DNA from: Myxococcota bacterium
Lineage (GTDB): Bacteria > Myxococcota_A > UBA9160 > PR03
Assembly (NCBI GenBank): GCA_035506135.1
Contig: DATJPY010000044.1
Location: 1,528-65,527 of the forward strand
Direction: 5' to 3'
DNA length: 64,000 nucleotides
This document shows, piece after piece, positions 60,544 to 64,000 of the stretch. Both the position numbers and the translations under genes were made by a program. The notes beneath the pieces were generated by a model that saw nothing but the letters and a program-made list of their open reading frames with translations, did no database searches and had not been told where the DNA came from. The number at the start of each line of letters is the position of its first letter. Within the stretch, counting starts at the first letter, position 1.

Positions 60544-60587
60544 CCCGCGCGCCCGCGGCGCGCCGGCGGGGTCAGGGGGGGAGGACC

Positions 60588-61799
60588 GTGACCGGCGACC
60601 GCCTCGTCACGCGCCCGTTCGTGCTCTGCTCGGCCGCCAACTTCCTGCAGGCGCTGGCCTTCAACTTCTATCTCCATCTGCCCGGCTTCCTGCACGAGCT
60701 CGGCGCCGGCGAGGTGCAGATCGGCGTGCTGTCGGCCGTGACCGCCGTGGCGGCGATCGCCGTGCGCCCGCCGCTCGGCCGCGCCATGGACCTGCGCGGC
60801 CGGCGGCCGCTGGTGTGGGCGGCGGGGGCGCTCAACGTCGGTGTATGCCTGCTCTATCTCACGATCGACTCGCTCGGGCCCTGGGTGTACGCGGTGCGGG
60901 TGGTGCACGGGCTCGCGGAGGCGACGCTCTTCACGGTGCTGTTCACGATCGCGGCCGACTGGGTGCCCGCGAGCCGCCGCACCGAGGGGCTCGCGCTCTA
61001 CAGCGCGACCGGCATGCTCCCGATCTCGCTCGGCGGCGTGCTCGGCGACGCGATCCTGGCGCGGGGCAGCTACGAGGCGCTGTTCCTGGCCTCCTCCGCG
61101 GCGGCGGGTGCGTCGTTCCTCTGCTCGCTCCCGCTCGAGGAGCATCCGCGCCCGCCGCTTCGCGCGGGCGAGCGGCGCGGGCGCTTCGCCGCCGTGCTCG
61201 CGCAGCGCGAGCTGGCGCCGCTCTGGTTCCTCGGCACCGTGTTCGGCATCGTGCTGACCGGCGTCTTCGTGTTCGTGAAGCGCTTCGCGATGGAGACGCA
61301 GGTCGCGAGCGTGGGCGCCTTCTTCACGGCCTACACCGGAGCGGCGATCTCGGTGAGGGTGGTCGGCGGCCGGCTCCCGGACCGCGTCGGGCCGAAGCGC
61401 GTGCTGCTGCCGGCGCTGGCGACGCTCATCGGCGGGCTCGCGTTCCTGGCGATCGCGCGCAGCGCGCGCGAGGTGCTCGCCGCCGGCGTCCTCTGCGGCG
61501 TGGGCCACGGCTTCACCTATCCGATCCTCTCGTCGCTGGCGGTGAGCCGCGCGCGCGAGCTCGACCGCGGCACCGCGATCGCGATCCTGACGTCGCTCCC
61601 GGACGTCGGCGCGCTGGTCGGAGCGCCGCTGCTCGGCTGGATCCTCGAGCGCGGCGGCTTCGGCGCGATGTTCGGCGCCGCCGCGGCGATGTTCGCCCTC
61701 GGGAGCGCCGTCTTCGTCGGCTGGGATCGGCGCGCCGACCGGGCGGAGCGTGCCGTGGCGGGGACGGCCGACTCGCAGAAGCCCGCCGCGGCGCCGTGA
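60588..61799 (+). CDS. MFS transporter
   Basis: GTG 60588 (GGGAGG upstream) in the frame of ORF 59481..61799. About 12 hydrophobic segments. The loop motif GRAMDLRGRRP lies between TM2 and TM3. Confidence 0.85.
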   Translation: MTGDRLVTRPFVLCSAANFLQALAFNFYLHLPGFLHELGAGEVQIGVLSAVTAVAAIAVRPPLGRAMDLRGRRPLVWAAGALNVGVCLLYLTIDSLGPWVYAVRVVHGLAEATLFTVLFTIAADWVPASRRTEGLALYSATGMLPISLGGVLGDAILARGSYEALFLASSAAAGASFLCSLPLEEHPRPPLRAGERRGRFAAVLAQRELAPLWFLGTVFGIVLTGVFVFVKRFAMETQVASVGAFFTAYTGAAISVRVVGGRLPDRVGPKRVLLPALATLIGGLAFLAIARSAREVLAAGVLCGVGHGFTYPILSSLAVSRARELDRGTAIAILTSLPDVGALVGAPLLGWILERGGFGAMFGAAAAMFALGSAVFVGWDRRADRAERAVAGTADSQKPAAAP

Positions 61800-61866
61800 G
61801 GCGCGGAACGCGGAGCCGCGCGAGGGCCATCCGCTAGACTGCGTCGCCCGTCGACGCGGAGGAGCC

Positions 61867-62376
61867 ATGGCCGAGTTCGAGTTCCCGGTCGAGCGCACGG
61901 CGATCCTCGACTTCGCCGCCGCGCTCGGCGAGACGAATCCGATCTACTGGGACGAGGCGCGCGCGCGGGCGACGCCGCTCGGCGGCGTGATCGCCCCGCC
62001 GACCTTCGCCGTCACCTCGGCCCACTGGAACCCGAGCCACGCCTTCCGCGGCGTGCGCCGGATCCCCGCGCCTGCGCCGGGCGGCGCCGACGAGGCGCAG
62101 GGCGAGCGCGCGGGCCGGGCGCGAGGCGAGGGCGGGCCCGCCAACCTGAGCCGCGTGCTGCACGGCGAGCAGCGCTTCGTCTACCACCAGGCGATTCGCC
62201 CCGGCATGCGGCTGCGCGTCGCGATGAAGCCCGGGCGGAGCTGGGAGAAGGAGGGCAAGCGCGGCGGCAAGCTCCGCATGAGCGAGACGATCTCGGAGTA
62301 CCGCGACGAGCAGGGCCAGCTCGTGGTGACGGCGATCAGTGTCGGAATCGTCACCGAGAAGGCGGTCGAGTCGTGA
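61867..62376 (+). CDS. MaoC N-terminal-type hot-dog dehydratase subunit
   Basis: ATG 61867 (GGAGGAG upstream). Sequence: FEFPVERTAILDFAAALGETNPIYWDE..VIAPPTF..VLHGEQRFVYH. Confidence 0.75.
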   Translation: MAEFEFPVERTAILDFAAALGETNPIYWDEARARATPLGGVIAPPTFAVTSAHWNPSHAFRGVRRIPAPAPGGADEAQGERAGRARGEGGPANLSRVLHGEQRFVYHQAIRPGMRLRVAMKPGRSWEKEGKRGGKLRMSETISEYRDEQGQLVVTAISVGIVTEKAVES

Positions 62377-62798
62377 CTGGCGCCGCGCGGCTGCGCGCCG
62401 CGGACCTGGCGGTCGGCCAGGTCCGCGAGGCGGTGGTGGTGGAGAGCCTCTCGCGCACGCAGATCGTGATGTATGCCGGTGCGTCGGGTGACTTCAATCC
62501 GATCCACCACGACGAGGAGTTCGCCACCCGCGCGGCCGGCTATCCCTCCGTCTTCGCGCACGGCATGCTCTCGATGGGGCTCACCGGCCGGCTGCTGACG
62601 GACTGGCTCGGCGATGGCGTGCTGCGCGAGTTCGGCGTCCGCTTCGTGCGGCAGGTCTGGCCGGGCGACACGCTCACCGCGAAGGGGACGGTCACCTCGA
62701 TCGGACCCGACGGGCGGGTCGCGATCGAGCTCGTCACCACCAACCAGCGTGGCGAGCCGGTGGTCGCGGGCGACGCCGTCGCAGTGCTGCCGGCCTGA
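62373..62798 (+). CDS. MaoC-like (R)-specific enoyl-CoA hydratase hot-dog subunit
   Basis: ORF 62373..62798 (GTGA overlap). Sequence: YAGASGDFNPIHHDEEFA..GYPSVFAHGMLSMG. Confidence 0.85.
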   Translation: MTGAARLRAADLAVGQVREAVVVESLSRTQIVMYAGASGDFNPIHHDEEFATRAAGYPSVFAHGMLSMGLTGRLLTDWLGDGVLREFGVRFVRQVWPGDTLTAKGTVTSIGPDGRVAIELVTTNQRGEPVVAGDAVAVLPA

Positions 62799-62808
62799 GA
62801 CGGTCCGG

Positions 62809-64000
62809 ATGAGCACGCTGCGGGAGCGGGTCGACGACCTGGCTGCGCGCAAGGGGCGCGCCGCCGAGATGGGCGGCGCCGAGCGCATCGCCAGGCAGCA
62901 CGCGCGCGGCAAGCTGACCGCCCGCGAGCGCATCGCGCTCCTGCTCGACGGCGGCGCCTTCGACGAGCTAGGCATCCTGGGCAAGCAGCCGGGGGTGGAC
63001 TCGCCGGCGGACGCCGTCGTGTGCGGCTTCGGGAAGATCGACGGCCGGCCCGCTTGTGTCGCGGCCTACGACTTCACCGTGCTCGGCGGATCGATGGGGC
63101 CGACCGGCGAAGCGAAGGTGGCACGGCTGCGCGAGCTCGTCCTGCGCCACCGCATGCCGATCGTCTGGCTGGTCGACTCCGGCGGGGCGCGGATCGGCGG
63201 CGGAGGGATGGGCGGCGGCGGCGCCGCCGACGAGGAGAGCGGCGCCTCGACCTTCGCCGAGACCGGGGCCCTGTTTCGCGAGCAGGTGATCCTTTCCGGT
63301 GTCGTTCCGCAGGTGGCGGCGATGGTGGGGCCCGGCGCGGCGGGCACGGCCTACATCCCGGGCCTCGCCGACTTCGTCCCGATGGTGAAGGGCACCTCGT
63401 CGATGGCGCTCGGCGGGCCCTACCTGGTCAAGGCCGCCGTCGGCGAGGACGTCTCGGAGGAGGATCTGGGCGGCTCGAAGGTGCACTGCGAGCTCTCCGG
63501 CGTCGCCGACCTCGAGGTGGCCGACGACGCGGCCTGCATGGAGGTGATCCGCAGCTACCTGTCGTTCCTGCCGAGCCACTGCGAGGAGCCCCCGCCGCGC
63601 CGGCCCTGCGACGACCCGATCGAGCGCAGCGACGAGGCGCTGCTCGATCTGGTGCCCGACAACCCGCGCCGGGCCTACGACATGCGCAAGCTGCTCGCGA
63701 TCCTGGCCGATCGCGGCGAGGTGTTCGAGCTGAAGCCTCGCTTCGCGCGCAACCTGATCACGGCCTTCGTGCGGCTCGGCGGCCGGCCGCTCGGCGTGGT
63801 CGCCAACAACCCGATGTTCCTGGGGGGCGTGCTCGACATCGACAGCGCCGACAAGGCGGCCAAGTTCGTCGAGATCTGCGACGCCTTCGGCGTTCCGCTG
63901 CTCTTCGTGCAGGACACGCCGGGCTTCGTGATCGGCTCCAAGGTCGAGCGGGCCGGCATCATTCGCCACGGCGCCAAGATGCTCCACTACGTGTCGGCGG
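62809..64000 (+). CDS. acyl-CoA carboxylase carboxyltransferase (beta) subunit; 3-prime end lies beyond the window
   Basis: My own translation from ATG 62809: MSTLRERVDDLAARKG..RQHARGKLTARERIALLLDGGAFDELG..VAAYDFTVLGGSMG..PIVWLVDSGGARI..PQVAAMVGPGAAGTAYIPGL..GVVANNPMFLGGVLDIDSADKAAKFVEICDAFGVPLLFVQDTPGF. It is not in the ORF track because it is open at the edge. Confidence 0.9.
   Translation, partial: MSTLRERVDDLAARKGRAAEMGGAERIARQHARGKLTARERIALLLDGGAFDELGILGKQPGVDSPADAVVCGFGKIDGRPACVAAYDFTVLGGSMGPTGEAKVARLRELVLRHRMPIVWLVDSGGARIGGGGMGGGGAADEESGASTFAETGALFREQVILSGVVPQVAAMVGPGAAGTAYIPGLADFVPMVKGTSSMALGGPYLVKAAVGEDVSEEDLGGSKVHCELSGVADLEVADDAACMEVIRSYLSFLPSHCEEPPPRRPCDDPIERSDEALLDLVPDNPRRAYDMRKLLAILADRGEVFELKPRFARNLITAFVRLGGRPLGVVANNPMFLGGVLDIDSADKAAKFVEICDAFGVPLLFVQDTPGFVIGSKVERAGIIRHGAKMLHYVSA

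Overview
This is a very high-GC (about 70% by eye), gene-dense chromosomal segment from a diderm bacterium. I call 64 protein-coding genes. I found no rRNA, tRNA, CRISPR array, IS element or prophage gene. All family calls come from reading motifs in the translations, because no database search could be run. Gene content and order (lptC-lptA-lptB-rpoN-ptsN-hprK-rapZ, a SpoIID/LytB protein, a bactofilin, WS/DGAT, many SDR/LLM/P450/ACAD paralogues) suggest an uncultured deltaproteobacteria-like lineage (Myxococcota- or Binatota-like). That placement is inference only.

Layout:
- 1-4.5 kb: a TetR-coupled PQQ dehydrogenase, divergent from a PLP ammonia-lyase and a crotonase, followed by an LLM oxidoreductase.
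- 4.5-9.5 kb: a light-response locus. A B12-type CarH/LitR repressor sits upstream of DUF1295 and YhhN membrane genes and divergent from photolyase-ybgA.
- 9.5-13 kb: a secreted hypothetical protein, an aldehyde dehydrogenase and a wax-ester synthase.
- 13-15.6 kb: a hydrolase / SCP-x thiolase / DUF35 operon.
- 15.6-28.4 kb: a 13-gene co-directional string rich in SDRs (SDR, P450, D-aminoacylase, LLM, four more SDRs, C-S lyase, metallophosphoesterase, amidase, DoxX-like protein, SDR). Its pathway is unknown.
- 28.4-31.7 kb: a class III aminotransferase, a Crp/Fnr regulator, a LolA-like protein and a small secreted protein.
- 31.7-39.7 kb: lptCAB-rpoN plus a complete regulatory PTS with no transporter.
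- 39.7-54.2 kb: housekeeping genes (metK, SpoIID/LytB, yajC-secDF, bactofilin, TolC-like, ispDF, cysS, uvrB, uvrC).
- 54.2-58.1 kb: a retropepsin-like protease, a small helical protein and comEC.
- 58.2-64 kb: a split ACAD10/11-type kinase + acyl-CoA dehydrogenase pair with an MFS transporter, a MaoC hydratase pair and a carboxyltransferase.

The many long antisense ORFs in the track are high-GC artefacts. The most interesting items are the CarH locus with its back-to-back promoter/operator, the orphan SDR-rich operon, the kinase+ACAD module, and a 23-bp tandem repeat in front of uvrC.
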